A DNA stretch of 64,000 bases, taken from the NCBI GenBank assembly GCA_004764695.1, contig SMSO01000014.1, forward strand, positions 5,942,029 through 6,006,028. Reading direction: 5' to 3'. A program made the translations under genes and the position numbers. This DNA comes from Schizochytrium sp. TIO01 (lineage: Eukaryota > Protista > Bigyra: Labyrinthulomycetes). This document shows positions 10,194 through 23,721 of this stretch, in pieces (the first letter of the stretch is position 1; every line of letters starts with the position of its first letter). The notes beneath the pieces were generated by a model. It was not told the origin of the DNA and did no database searches. It saw nothing but the letters and a program-made list of their open reading frames with translations.

Positions 10194-11527
10194 TATCACA
10201 CAATCAACCACGTTAGCAATGCGGATCTTAGCATTTAATGAGGATTTTTTGTTTTGTCAACTATTCATTTCCTCATGAACAAAAATGATGAAGGGGCATT
10301 ATGCCGAGCTGGTGAACGTAGATCGAAGAACTTTCATCATACTAATTGTAAGGAAGGATTAAAAGATGGCCTATATCAGATGCTTCTCTACTGCGAGGTC
10401 TCCAGTCGAAGGTTTGACAAATACAGAGTTTATGTTTATGCATTTCACATATATAGAAATATGCAAGTATACTAATGGCGGCTCGAAACATAAAGCTACT
10501 GAGAAATGGAACTTATCAAGAGAGACACTGACTAGGAAAAACAAAACCAATTGGCTTGGGTGAGCCAGAGGGTTCAGCAAAGCAAAGAACTTTGATTGAA
10601 GACAGAGCTATTTGCCGACCTTCGAAATGATTCTCCAAGGTCAACCTATTTCTTATAGTTTGTATGTAAAGCACCGGGGGTTTAATCATGGCCTGAAGGG
10701 TGTTCACAAGTTTAGCCATATCTGTCGTTCCTCAATCACAGGTTAGGCTTTCGACTGGTGGCACTCTACTGAGCAGTTCAGTGCCGAAGCCGCTCACATT
10801 AGGTATTCCAGTAGTCGTTGATTCCGCTATGTTGCTTCTGGCTCATACAATGGATAACAAGGGACTCTCGCAATATTAACCTTACTTAACCTTTTGATTC
10901 TTGATCTCAGCAAAAGCTCAGTTCGTGACTAAGGGTAATCGCTGGACAAGTACTCCTCTTATCTCAAACTTATTATTTTGGGAACGAATCTCACGGTTTT
11001 GTACTCATCAAGTGCTGCAGGTTTAACTTCCCTAGATGCTCAGACTCCTTCATTGAGAAATGGATGCGAGTCGCAAACCTCTGGCGATCCCTTGAGCCAA
11101 GAGTCTGCTAAGTCTACACAAATATTTATACTCTGCAGTCAGTACTAACGCAACATGGCGGAAGAGAAAAAAGTAAGATTCTCGAAATATTTCCTTTTTC
11201 AAAACGTCTGAAAAGAGGGTTTCAATTGACGAATTAGCTATAAACCTTGATTTGATTCCTTCAGATCATCATCTGGAGTTCTCTAAAACAATTATTAAAC
11301 AAAACAAATGCATTGTAATTCTTCCACCGAGAGATTCTTTTTGAATCTATATCTTCGTTATTATTTTTGAAGAAAAACTTCTCCATCAAGATAACCATCT
11401 ATTCTTCTTCATGAGATCTTCTTCGACTGACAAAACCTTTTCAGGTCCTGAGAAATATAAGAATACAGGGGCTACTATTTGCTCATCCTCCATCATATCC
11501 CATTATTTATCTTCAAGGATCACGGGA

Positions 11528-12513
11528 TTACTGAATAACCGCGCTGGTTCTTACAGATGATTGTACCCTTGATGGTGTTAGCTCTTTAAATGGAAGTGTA
11601 GATTGATTCTGCGAGGCTGAGATTGCGACCTTTTTATCTGATGCGAAAAGTTTATGGAACATAGCAAAGTTAACCACCAGATTAATATTCAAGTCGACTA
11701 GAACGCCATACTGCGGGAATAACATTAAGTGTTGTCGGCTACTCACATCTGTTGGCGCAGAAATACCCGCGCCCAAAGGGTATAGCAAAATCATCGCACT
11801 TATCATAGCAACTGAAGACAGTAGTATGTTACGCTTGGCTACTTTTCGAATCTTAGATCCAGAGTCTGATACAACTGATCGGACCTGATGATACAGTGGA
11901 ATAACAAAGAGCATCAAAAGAGCTCCAGACATATTTAAATCTGCGAGAGCGAAAAAATACATGAGCCACTTCGAAACATCGAGAACTGAAACGCAAATTT
12001 CCTCGTGGAATATATATCGTCCTGTCCAAACAAAATAGAGATAGGGTAAACATACAGCAACATTAATAATCATCATTCTTGTCATCTTCAATATAATTGC
12101 GCATTGGCAGCTGTTTTGCTCAATGTACTTTGTGCACGAAGGTACATTAATTCATTGCTCAATGCTTTTGCTGCACCATAAAGAAGGGGTGGAATGGGGC
12201 CAAAGTATGCACATGCCTGCCAAGATAAATGCACATTCAGTATGAATAAAGTTGAAAGAGTGCACATCAAACTAATAATACTTTGGCAAATCAAAAATCT
12301 CAAGATGCGATGTGTAATAGGCTTGTGAGCCTGCTTTCTCCAAAGAGCCCGACTACTGCGCGCAAGAAAGAAAATACATATCAAAGAAACGATGACACCC
12401 ACTGCGTTTGTTGCTTGTTTAGCTGTAAGAAAAGAATCTCCGGCGTTGATATCATGAAAAATAATGCTTGCTGCTTTGGTACGATTCGCAATAAACAAAT
12501 TGGCGACACTCAT
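11528..12513 (-). pseudogene. 7-TM GPCR-like gene (paralog 4) with a 1-bp deletion at ~12090
   Basis: ORFs 12088..12531 and 11528..12091 are consecutive halves collinear with paralog 3 (ANAQL/LKMTRMMI versus TNAHMLLKVTRIMV). The minus strand reads caa tta ta ttg aag, one base short. Could be an assembly error. ATG at 12513. Confidence 0.85.
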
Positions 12514-15056
12514 GGCTTTCTCCACTAGCAAGCCTAAACTCGTAAATTAAGATTATGTAAAGTAAACTTCTTCATCCCTTGCCCATCACAATTCACAGCC
12601 ATGAATAGCGTTCAGGACCTACTTCATAATGTTTCTCGATATTTCGGACATATTGTATTTACTTGGTGTTACTTGGCACCTTTTGTAATTGAAGGCTTAA
12701 TTGATACAGGATCTTTATCGAGCCGTTATGCTAAAAACAGACCGACGCAAAATTAAAGGAACATCCAGTTGCTCAGGATTTGAAGTACCGTTTCAGTGCT
12801 TGCAGAAAGACTTCACGCTTCTTCCACCGTGAAGAACCAACGAAAATAAACCTAGTTAGCTATTCAAAGCTTCGCTCAAGGCAAAAGCTGAGTGTTCTTA
12901 TCGTGGACTAAAGCAACGGATCAACGCTATTCCAGATAACATCTCGAAACAAACCTCATATTGATGTCGAGAGAACGACAATCACACAGTTTGCTTTTGC
13001 CTCAAATATTATTGTATTGTTACCGTGACTCTTGACAAAGAATTCAGGATTGCCAGAATCTCACATGTTTCCAAACTGGTCCCACTCAAGTCTGTGCTAA
13101 TCACATTAAAAAAATAAAATAAAATATTTATTTAAAAATAATTTCGAAACAATCTAACTGACTACTATGATCCACTATGGCTGTACTCTGGGGAAATAAA
13201 ACTTTCCGTTATAATAATGGTTCCAAGATCTAGGCGAATTCAGTGATGCTTTTCACTCCAGAGTGAGTTTTCATTTGGTAGGGACAGATAACTCTAGAAC
13301 CATTTGCCCAAAACTGGGTCCGCTCAAAGGGATGACCCGGTATTGCCAGTTCAAGGGTGGGTAGATTAGGCTTTGGAGGCAGGAGAAAAGGTGACAAGAT
13401 ACTAAACAGTTTCAAATAGAAAGAACACATTACAATTATGTTGATGTTCCGAAGTATTGAATTTCTTCGTGAGAAGTTTGGAGTAAATTTGTAGTCTCTT
13501 CAAGGTTTTACCAGCTCCATAGTTAGCGCGAGCGTTCGCATCTACAAGACGTTTGTCACGCGATATATAAGACAAATTGTGCTTTGGTAATGTGCGGCAC
13601 TTTGACTCTATGTCAAACTTAAGACGAATAAGTCGAAGCTTGTGTATCTAGTCTGAATCAGCTGTTCATGATGATAATTCTAAAAACCACTGCGAAGAAA
13701 GAGAACATGCCAGTCCATTGTTATATTAGTTTCAGGCTCTTTTGGCAACAATATAAAGATTTAGTGGGAGAAAGATCAAGCAATGTACCAAGCGACGGGA
13801 ATTATGAAGCATATGCTTGGCAAAGGAAGTTGAACCAAAAAATCTGAGAGTCCGAGCAAAAAACATATTCAGAATTAAAGAGTCAATACTTATGAGTTGT
13901 TAGCAATTTGTTGATTCTGAACTGAAATTCAAAGGTGAGGTGCATCTTGGCTTTCTTATGAGGTAAGGTAAATCTGCTTGGTCTTGACTTGTGGATGTAC
14001 GAAGAGCTTGAATCGCCGTGCCCATATTTAACTGTGAGGTTTGGTTTCATCTAGCTGCAATAATCTGAGTGTTCATACAAACACATTAGTAAACGATCCT
14101 GGTCTTGGTAGTCGCAGATTAGAATACCTAGGCATTCTCTCCAGCCTGGCTCAATATCGCTTGGCTTTCAGGCTCTAAACAAAAAAAATGCTGCGATATG
14201 CTAAGTGTTTTTTTTTTCAACATTGCTGTTCCCCGTATATAACAAACAGAAGGTCATTTTAAAGGCTTGAAGAAGGATAAGTCCATATACTCTAATTGAA
14301 TCTATCATTCAAAAATTGGGTATCGTCTCTAAATATGATATTTTGTTTTAAGATTTTGACAGGAAATGTTCATGAATGCTTGACTCCTGTTTTTCGCAGC
14401 GCTACACTATGGTTATAATATTCCTTGGTCGGCATTATTCAGAAACTTATCCAAACGGGTTTCATGGTTCAATCACCATTGCAGAGATGCTTTGCTGTAG
14501 TTTTGATTTCTGTCACTCTTTCAACGTCCAGGGAAATGTTTATAATCTTCAAGGCAACGTTAATTATCAGTTTCTTGGTGAGCTTGGTTTCCTGGCTATG
14601 ACACTAGCTTTATTCACGGCTATCAAGGACCCAAAAACCTGACACCTAACGAGAACTATTACCGTATTTGAAAGATCTACCCATGGTTCGAATCCAAACA
14701 GATTTGATCATGTGAGCTCCTCAAGAATGAGTATAATGTTTAGCCTAGCAACAGCATCCTCGCTACCCGTGCAGTTGTAAATACCCCTAGAGTTCTGCAG
14801 AGAAAAGTACAGACCTTTTATTAGGGTTGGCTAGACTCTACTCGTGTAGATTCTGTAAATCTAGATTGAAGTCCATGTAAGATCTACCAGTAGAATCTCT
14901 GCAGCAATCAACAACCTCTTATTGTGTGTACTGGATACAAAGCTGGTTGGTATCCTCACATCAAACTTACTCCCTCTTGACTTAGGAGAACTGCTGTTAT
15001 TTCCTTACAAATAGACGTTCAATTTCATGATTTACGACAAATTTGACCAAGTTGTT

Positions 15057-15289
15057 GGTTATATTCATGTCGTACAGAAGCATCCAGGTTCTTGCTGAGA
15101 CCCTCACAAAGAGCTATTATTGTATAAATTGCGTTGAATTCAATATGCGAGGACGCCTTTAGTAGACCGTCGTGCTCTTTATGGTCATCCTGACATTTGA
15201 GATGGAAATTTACTTTTTAATACGGGGCGTGAAGTGGAACAGTAATATGCAATCAAAGTATTGGACATTCTTCATAAGTGGAAAAGATG
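15057..15289 (+). pseudogene. Possible decayed ankyrin-repeat gene fragment
   Basis: Reading through stops gives RTPLVDRRALYGHPDI*DGNLLFNTGREVE, preceded in other frames by GYIHVVQ and INCVE. This resembles the ankyrin consensus G.TPL..A...GH..+V..LL..GA.V. Confidence 0.3.
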
Positions 15290-18067
15290 AAACGTCTAGC
15301 ACACAAATGTCAGCACTCCTCCATAGTCGTTCATACTGGGTTCGAAATTAAGTTCAAACAGTCGGTTGCCAAGCTTCTAAAGAGAAAGCTCAATCAATAA
15401 GTGGATGTATAATATATATAGAGTCTTAGGAGATACTTTGTGAACGCACAAATTACTGGAAATATCAGTAGGAAATGTAGTCGAATTACATTTGATGGTT
15501 CTAAAAATAGGAAATCAAGAGGAAGCCCAGTACTCTGTATTTTACATCTCGAAAAAATTAAAGGAACGGTTTAAGCATCAGTTGGAAACCGAACCTTGAT
15601 CGATATCTTGCTAACTCGCAACATAAAATCAAAGACGCGGCATAAACGTCCAGTTCATCTCTGAAAACCTTCCAATCAAAGAATCAACATGATATTTTGT
15701 GGTTCAATTAATCTCTTCATATTCAAGAAGTGCTAGACTCAATTCATTTTGAAATTCTTGTTAGGGCATCTACTGTATGGTAGCCCAGTACAAGCGTTAT
15801 GATATAACTTTGGGTTTCTACCAAAGCAAAAGGGTCGACATGACTATAGCCTCTGGTGAATGCGAGTTATCGTATTTTACTTTGATTAAGCAATCAGATT
15901 TTGTTCGGAATAACAATGACTGCAAAGAATTGATTTCTGGAGATCGAACAACAAATACAATGAAATTTGCTTACCAATGCTATTTTTGTTGCTCGGTCAA
16001 CAAACTCGGCAAGAGTAGGTAAAAATCAAAACACGGCAGAGGGGAACGGCGTCTGTGTTAAGTGCATAACTCTATTTAATGCTCTCAATCTATCCAAAGT
16101 GAAATTATGAGACACCGGCAGAGGAACCATCATTGTTGAGCAAACTTGTCCCTCACCTGCAGACCAAATGAAGCAAGCACTATTCAGGAGTCTTTACTCA
16201 AACTATAAAGCCAGGACAATAACTCATGAAGGAGCAAAACCGAAGTGAAAACATAGTACCAAGGTACTACGATAGTAGACAGGTAGGTTTCCCATTAGGC
16301 AACCCTATTCTCTATGGCCAGGGTTTTCAGCAAAGGCATGAAGCTGTGCACATGCTTAGCGCTCTGATTTGCCCATGTTAATTCGATTCCAGGGACTAGC
16401 TCATCATTTCAAAGTATAAAACCGCGTAATATTGGAGTGAAAAGGTTCGTCAACACGGTTGACAAAAATCTAGTTGAAGCTCCGAAATAGGGATCTATAT
16501 TTTACTTTGGATTTCGTTTGATCTTATTTATGCCCCCTTACGTTTAACATAAATAAATCGTAGAAGTTTTCTAAGTGAAGATCACGACACGTGAACGAGG
16601 ATCGTTACACATGCCTATGTGAAACTTACCAAGAAGCCTTTCTGAGCAATAGCTTTCTAACTCTTAAAAGCTAGTGTTTCGATGGTTGTTTCTGAGCAAT
16701 TACCTAGATCGCTACTATGTATTGATTGACCTAATGCAACTGTTTGGTCTCCACGAGGCAAACCTTTTCGAAGGGAAGGAGAATCTTCATGAAATTGTCT
16801 CACTCATCAGAAAGATCAAAATTCTCAACAAACCAACCCCAAAACGGACACGCCCTAAACAAGCGAGCCAGTTTCTTATTTGCCCCACACCGTTATCATT
16901 TTCACTATATCACCAACCAGCCTTTTGGCACTGTTTCTGACGCACCACGCCAGCCTCGGCCTCGCACAGGGGGGATTTTGTCTGAGTTACAGTTTAAACA
17001 AGGTCAAAATCATTCATCGATTCTGGCCTTGTCTTGTTGGCAAAGTAATTTCTTGATGTCGAGCCACAACAAATCCTATCATCACTATAGACCTTTTCGT
17101 CTCGGGGACCGTGCTTGCTCAAGCACGGTCTCTCACGCTGTGGGCCCACAGCTGTGTCGTGCTGGAGTCTACCGAGAAGACTGCCGAGTCATTCCTCTCA
17201 CAACCTACTACTACTCCCATATATGTAAGTACCTAGCACCTTCGAATCGTGCCTCCTCAATTTTTCAAGCTGGCGCGGCCTGTTCCGCGATGCAACTTCC
17301 CTCAGTCCTCTTTTGGGATGCTTCCGCTGCTGTTGTGAGGGTTGCGGGCCCGTGCGGCGGTTTTGAGAAGCTTCGCGCACCGCTTTCTCTGGTGCTGTGT
17401 TTATATAGAATAATCATACACCTAAATGATCAGCAGCTCGAGAAACCTGGACACCCTGCCCTAAAGACCCAAACCAAAGCCGCGCGAGACGAGCATTTGG
17501 CACTCTGGAGATCTTGAAGCCAACTCACTCGCTGTTTTGCCACCCTCTCTCAAGCAACTCTTTTGCTCCCCGAGTCTGCTGTTACTTCCCCCTCTCCAGC
17601 ACTGCAGTTCGTTCAGGAATTCGTTCTTCGTCCATTCGCTTTGCTCCCGTCCGAGAAATCGCGCCCTACACCTCATCGCCTTTCACTGGCTTACTGAGAT
17701 CTTTATTTGGCTTGAGTTCTCAACCCCATCATCATTATCTCCTTCAAGTTATCCTTATTTTATTTCGTGAAACGACGAATGCCATGAACTCAACTCATCG
17801 GAGGTCTTTCTGTCCCTCTTAGAGACCTCTCGTTAACGATCGAGGTACTTTTATGACTCGGAGTGTAGTTTCCTGAAAACTTTCGAAATTAGCAATATCC
17901 GACGGCATCTCTGAGAAGTCGGCCAGGGTTTCTTAAATTGTTCATTTCCACCATCACATCGTAGTATGTGGCGTGATTTATCATAGATGGCTGCCAGCTA
18001 ACCTCGTGCTGGTGTGTCTTGCGGCTTCTTTGGATACCCTCGACATTGGCATCATGCAAGCAACACT

Positions 18068-18220
18068 TTTCAATTCAACATTCAATTTTCAATTCAACAT
18101 TCAATCTTCAATTCTTGTTTCATTTCAATATTCAATTCACTAATATTCAATTCACTAATATTCAATTCAATTTTCAATTCATTTTTCAATTCATTTTTCA
18201 TTTCATTTTTCATTTCAATT
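18068..18220. repeat. Degenerate ATTCA/TTCAA low-complexity tract
   Basis: Directly visible. Confidence 0.85.
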
Positions 18221-18699
18221 TAAGCCGACCTGATCCTGAACTAGGTTCCTTTGGGTGGATGGGGGCGACATTCTGCTGAACAGGTACCTCCGTGCCTCCT
18301 GGGTATCAAGGAAGCTTGACAACCAAAAGAAAGACGCCCAACTTGAGACCCAAGTAAGTGCATAAACATTCATTCCACAGCTTTACACTGTGGAAATAGC
18401 AGTGATTTGGGGCAGCTCCATCGATTGCTTGACGCTCGACTTCATCTTTACATAATCATCATCATCATCGCATGGCATCTTCGCCTTGTAGAGCAAATCA
18501 TGCGGCACTTTCTGCAGCACGTTGGACTCGAGCCTGCGAGCGCCAGGAACCGCAGCCCTTTCTTCATCTTCTTCTTTTGCCTTTCACGACGAACGAAATA
18601 ACGAGCACATGACGAGCGACCTGAAGATTTGACATGGTACCTTCTGCTGGTCCCAAGAATCTCGTCAAAGCTGAGGCCAACCCGACATCATCTATACCT

Positions 18700-19130
18700 G
18701 ACTCGCTGCCGCAACGGTGGCTCATCTGAACGTCAACGCACATCTGCCTTACGCATGCCCATGCAATTCATCCTTCAACGTTCAAAGAAAGAACAGAGCC
18801 TCTGTCATCGAATGTCTGAGTCGTCCCCATTGCGAGTGCCTCAAAGCTGTTGCAGCATGTCTCGCTTTCGAGCAATTATAGAACTCCGCTGCATGTCGAG
18901 GACCGCCAGGACATCGTCGTGCATACCAACCACTATGTGCAGCGCGAGAGCTTGGCGAAAGAACTGACGAAGACTATCGCTATGCCTCTCTCCGCCTCGC
19001 AAGCCGCCTCTGCTCCTCTGGCCCTCTGCTGCGTAAAGAATGCTGCAGCGCTTCTCCAAGTTCGAGAGAGATCTTTCGTTGGCTTCCTCACAACGTCTCT
19101 CTCTGGACACCCTTTCGAGCAGCCGCTCAC
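18700..19130 (+). pseudogene. Possible decayed peptidase C45 / AAT-family Ntn-hydrolase remnant
   Basis: DIVVHTNHY at ~18910-18936. In neighbouring frames and in the expected order: NG.A.LNVNA (18713), SSFNV, NV*VVP, then SLRLASRL downstream. Many frameshifts. Confidence 0.3.
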
Positions 19131-22100
19131 GCGCAGAATAGCTCGATCTCAATCCATTCCAGAGACTCCTTCGCTGCCTCGCGAAGAATCACCTCGTTCC
19201 CAGCGCCTTCTGAAAAGACTTGGACACCACGACGTTCACGCCCTTCAAGATGATCGCTGCGAGGTTCCCAGCGCTGGTGTTTCTCCAGAAGCGCCACCTC
19301 ACCTCGCAACACCGTTCCTGCAGCTTTTCGGGCGTCGAATCAGCCTGAAGGCCTGGAGCCAACCAACCGAAAGCGCTTCGAGGCACTGACCGCCTCCTCG
19401 AGTTGGCAATCAGCGATCAGAGCTGCCTCGAAAGGGTGCGTCTATTCTGCCTTTCGATAGACAAACTTGAATTAGAACGATAAATATAGATAGACTAGAA
19501 AATCCACGACAACTCAAACTCGACCTTCAAGCTGCCACCTTCGGGTTGCCTTGGTCGCGAGTAGTTCCACAGCTAACCCCACCGTGTGGGGGCAGTGCCC
19601 CTGGTCTGGTACTGTAAGCGCCCGCCGATATGAATGGAAAGGCTCGCACCGGCACTGGCGCATTTGCCTCCACAGTGGGTGCGTCGAATGAGATCACGCG
19701 AGATACTCATATGTTCCTTGCTTCCTTGCTTCCTTCCTTCCTTCCTTTTGCCAAACATTTCTCGTGTTCTCGCTTGCGTAGCACAAGAAGAACAGGTTAT
19801 TCTCGTCGTCTTTGTTTGGGCTGCCGCCACTGCTGCAGTTGTTCGTCTTCACAGCACTCCTTCGTCGTGTGCGTTTGGCCTGTCCCGCTTCCAGAGGCAG
19901 CGAACCAGCATAATTCCCTCCTCGCAAACAGCGGCTGTCAACAGCCGCACAATGTGCACAATTTGCAAAACGAGCAAATTAAGGGTCAAGGTGCTCTAAG
20001 GATGTTGATTTGATTTAACGTAATTCCCGCTCACCTGAGCTTTAGGTTTAAGCACGAACTCAAATCCGACTTTCGAGTGGAATTGCAGAAATCACGCTTC
20101 TTCTTCACAAGGACATGCCGACTTGGAGGAGTTGAAAGCTATGCGCAAGAGCAGAAAAAGAAAGATCCTAACTACATCACGCTCGCCAGTAAATCGAATA
20201 TTGGCCCGTGCTTAGGAGCTGCTATGAAGAGGTAGGTATTACAATTTGGAGGCCTGTTCGAGTAAGAAGCACTAAATCTTCAAGTTAAACTTGCTTGCAA
20301 AATCTCATCAAGTATGGATAGATAGATAGATAAATCCCAGTACCTTGATAGGTAGCAGCCACGAAGGTAAATACGACCATAGTTAGGAATGAAAGCTCTA
20401 GAGATCGCCACTGTGAGAAGAAGATCTTGATGACCTTCGCTTCTTCGAGTCTGTCTTCTAACTCTTGAGAAAAAGAAAGCCCTCTTTTATCGTTCGTTCA
20501 TCGTGATTGGTGCATGGACCTTTCTCCAAACAAACTATGGATTTCGTTTGTTCTGTTTGTTTTGTTCACTTTCATCAGTACTATCTTTGTAGGTAGGTAG
20601 GTACCTTAGGATAATCACTCACTCAGCTTTGCCCACAATTTATAAAAGAACTTGAAAGAAACAAAGAACAAAAGTAATAATTTTGAAAGCTCTGGAATAT
20701 CGTTCCCCTCGTTCCCCGACACTGTGGTGTGGTGGCCTTTGGTTGATCGGTTGGAAGTTCTTAGTGTACCCCCTTTCGGAATTCTGCGGAAGGTGGGAGA
20801 AAGCGGGGCGGAAGTGAGGAGCGGAGGCATGCAGGGAGCGAAGCTTCCTTTTGCGGCGAGAACGAAACACCTGAGGAACACCTGAGCAGCCTGCGAGATC
20901 TTTCTTGCATCTTATAGGCAACTACTACCTATCTGTCTCCCTGTGCATTGTAAGAAGTTCTTCTTTCTCACTCACTCGCTCATTCGAGTGAAGATTGGAT
21001 TGATGTGCTCTCTCTCGTGAAGTCAATCGACGCTACGTCTCTCTCTGATTTGCCACATCTTCTGCGAGCGACTCGAGGTTGATTGATCTTGCGAGTTCTC
21101 CGACTTCGTTGCGGATTCCGCGGTTCTCGATTGAGGATGCTCCGACATATAATATCCATCTATCTATCTATCATGATCTTTTCGGGTTCTTCTTTTCGGG
21201 TTCTCGCGCCGTCTAAACCAGTGGCAGGAGGGGTCTTACCGTATTGGATAGCTCACGCCTAAGTCCCTGGCCACGTTCAAGATCTTCGTGGGTTTTAAGG
21301 TGAGAACCTTTTCAGGGTTCTTGCCGAGTGAATCCATCCAAAGCAGCAGTTTATCCTGTCCAAGGGGTAGACAAACACATGCAGTGGACAGCCTTACACG
21401 CGGTGTTTATGCAGCAGCAGAGCGAGTGGTCTTCGGGTCGATAGCCACCGAATTTCACATGGAAGCTTGGCGCAGATTCCGAGTTCTCAAACTTGGAGTT
21501 ATCATACGCTGACTCGAGCTGAGCACCGTTCTCCTGTTCTGTTCCTTGTTATCGACTTAGAGAGAGAGAGAGAGAGAGAGAAGTGAACGAGGGAACGAGC
21601 GAGAGGGAGCTTCTATGCTATACTCTAGCAGATGCTAGTGCTGGGTAGGTTAGCTAGGCAGGCTCAAGGGAAAGGTGGTGGACTCTCGTTACAACCGCAG
21701 AAACAAAGGGAAACAAAAGAACTTAAGGGTGAAGAAGTGGAGACTGTAGCACCTCTTGAGCGTCATCATCAGAGAGCAACACCTTTTGTCCTATTTCATT
21801 CATCCTATTTCTCACTATCTGCTATCCCTTTCATTTGTTTAAAAACTAAAATAAAATAGTAAACTTTTAAATTTCTAATTTATTATTATTAAAAAAAAAA
21901 GAAAGAGAAAAAGTGAAAAAAACTGGAAGAAAAGTAAAATCAAAATAAAAACCTGAAAAACTGAACAGCATGTTTAAAAGAGAATTAAAAGAAAGTTATA
22001 AAAGAGAACGAAAAGAACACGTAAGTTTTCACTCGATATCACCTTTTTCAGATGTACTTTCCAAAAGAACAGGGGGCGCTTCTGCAACAAGACGCGGTGC

Positions 22101-22349
22101 GATGATTGATAGCAGGAGGGTTAGGTCCTCACTAGGTACTCGATAGGCCGTGTGTTTGTTTGTCCATCTATGAAGAGCGTCAAGATCTGCCCCGCTTCTT
22201 CTCAGGGTCTCATTGTCTGTCTGTCTGTCTTCTTTAGCGTGGGATCGTGGGTGAAAGACGTTGCTGCCGATGAAGGAGAGCTTGTGCATTTACGTCATCC
22301 ACCCGAGTCGACGGCTTGGGGCCAAGATATCCTGAGACTGTCTGACTGA

Positions 22350-22396
22350 CTGAGTGAATGAATGAGTGAATGAATGAATGAATGAATGAATGAATG
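22350..22396. repeat. (GAAT)n microsatellite
   Basis: Directly visible. Confidence 0.9.
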
Positions 22397-23318
22397 ACAC
22401 TCGGATCCAGCTAGGCTGAGGAAAAGCGCAAGGATCCTGGACCTGGAGGGAAAGTAATTCCTTCATTCCAAGCCATATCTGTCGTACACTTGGACGAGGC
22501 CACGACGCCTTAGCAATTAGCCCTCCTCCTCGAGAGAAAGCTCAGGTTGCCTTCGTTGCGAGCGACCGCGTCTTTCGAGTCAAGTCGAGTCAAGTCAGGT
22601 CGAGGCGGGAAATCAACACCAGAAGGTTTCCGTGAACTCGAGCTCAGCACGATGATCAGTTCAAGTTCTTGCATGTCGTATTGATGGGTGGATGGATGGA
22701 TGGGTGGATGGATGGATGGTTTGCTGTGCCAGCTCATACTCTTGCCAGGATGAGGAGCTCTTGCTCGTTTTCCCAACCGACGGCGCAGGTTCCGAGGTTG
22801 AAAGATCGCAGCAGAGTTCGCCTTGCTCCTCTGAACCGTAAACCTGGCCGCGATTCCTGCACGAGTTTGGGGTTCCTCATCGGGCCGTGACAGCCAAAAG
22901 GAGAAGGATGTCCTCCAACCTCCAAGCTCGATGAGGGTTTCGAATTCCTCGCCCAACTTCGACTCAGACTGTCTCTTCTTCTTCTTCTTCTTCTTCGTTT
23001 CGCTTTTCCATGCAACTTTCTTCTTTCCTCTTCGCCTTGTTGCCGTTCTCCGAGTAGTTTCAACGCACCTCCTTCTTGTCCTTCCAGGCCGGAGGAAATG
23101 AATGAAAACTACGAAACTGCACTCACCACCTGGCAGCTTCTTCCCGCCGCGGTCGCTTCGTCACTCCTCAGTTACCTCGATGGCGCTCTCTCGTTCGTTC
23201 GCTCGCCTCTGTGCTCCTCCATCGTGCACAACCACTTCAAGTTCGTACCACCTGCACGTACTTTTGGTTCTCTGATTACGCTTTGTTGGAGATACCTCAA
23301 ACCCATCCACTTGATGCA

Positions 23319-23570
23319 TTCAAATTCAAATTCAAGTTCAAGTTCAAGTTCAAGTTCAAGTTCAAGTTCAAGTTCAAATTCAAATTCAAATTCAAATTCA
23401 AATTCAAATTCAAATTCAAATTCAACTTCAACTTCAACTTCAAATTCAAATTCAACTTCAACTTCAACTTCAACTTCAAATTCAAATTCAACTTCAAATT
23501 CAACTTCAAATTCAACTTCAAACTCAAACTCACATTCAAACCCAACTCAAACCCAAACTCAAACCCAAAC
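23319..23570. repeat. Compound hexamer array (TTCAAG/TTCAAA/TTCAAC grading into CTCAAA/CCCAAA), ~42 units
   Basis: Directly visible; it produces the spurious poly-SN, poly-FK and poly-LN ORFs. Confidence 0.95.
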
Positions 23571-23685
23571 TTAGACTAAACTTTTGAAGCCAAGGTCAAT
23601 CAAGGTCAAGGTCAAACTCAAACTCAATCATTAAAGCAAAGGCCAAACAAAGTCAAACGTCAAACGTCATACCAACCAAGAAAAA

Positions 23686-23721
<36 letters not shown>

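Noticed and set aside
14685-14695. GGTTCGAATCC, a tRNA T-loop/B-box match
   Set aside because: Only a 3-bp T-stem, with no acceptor stem, D arm or properly spaced A-box.
16744-17517. 257-aa ORF
   Set aside because: TTG start, no domain motif and composition typical of a non-coding frame.
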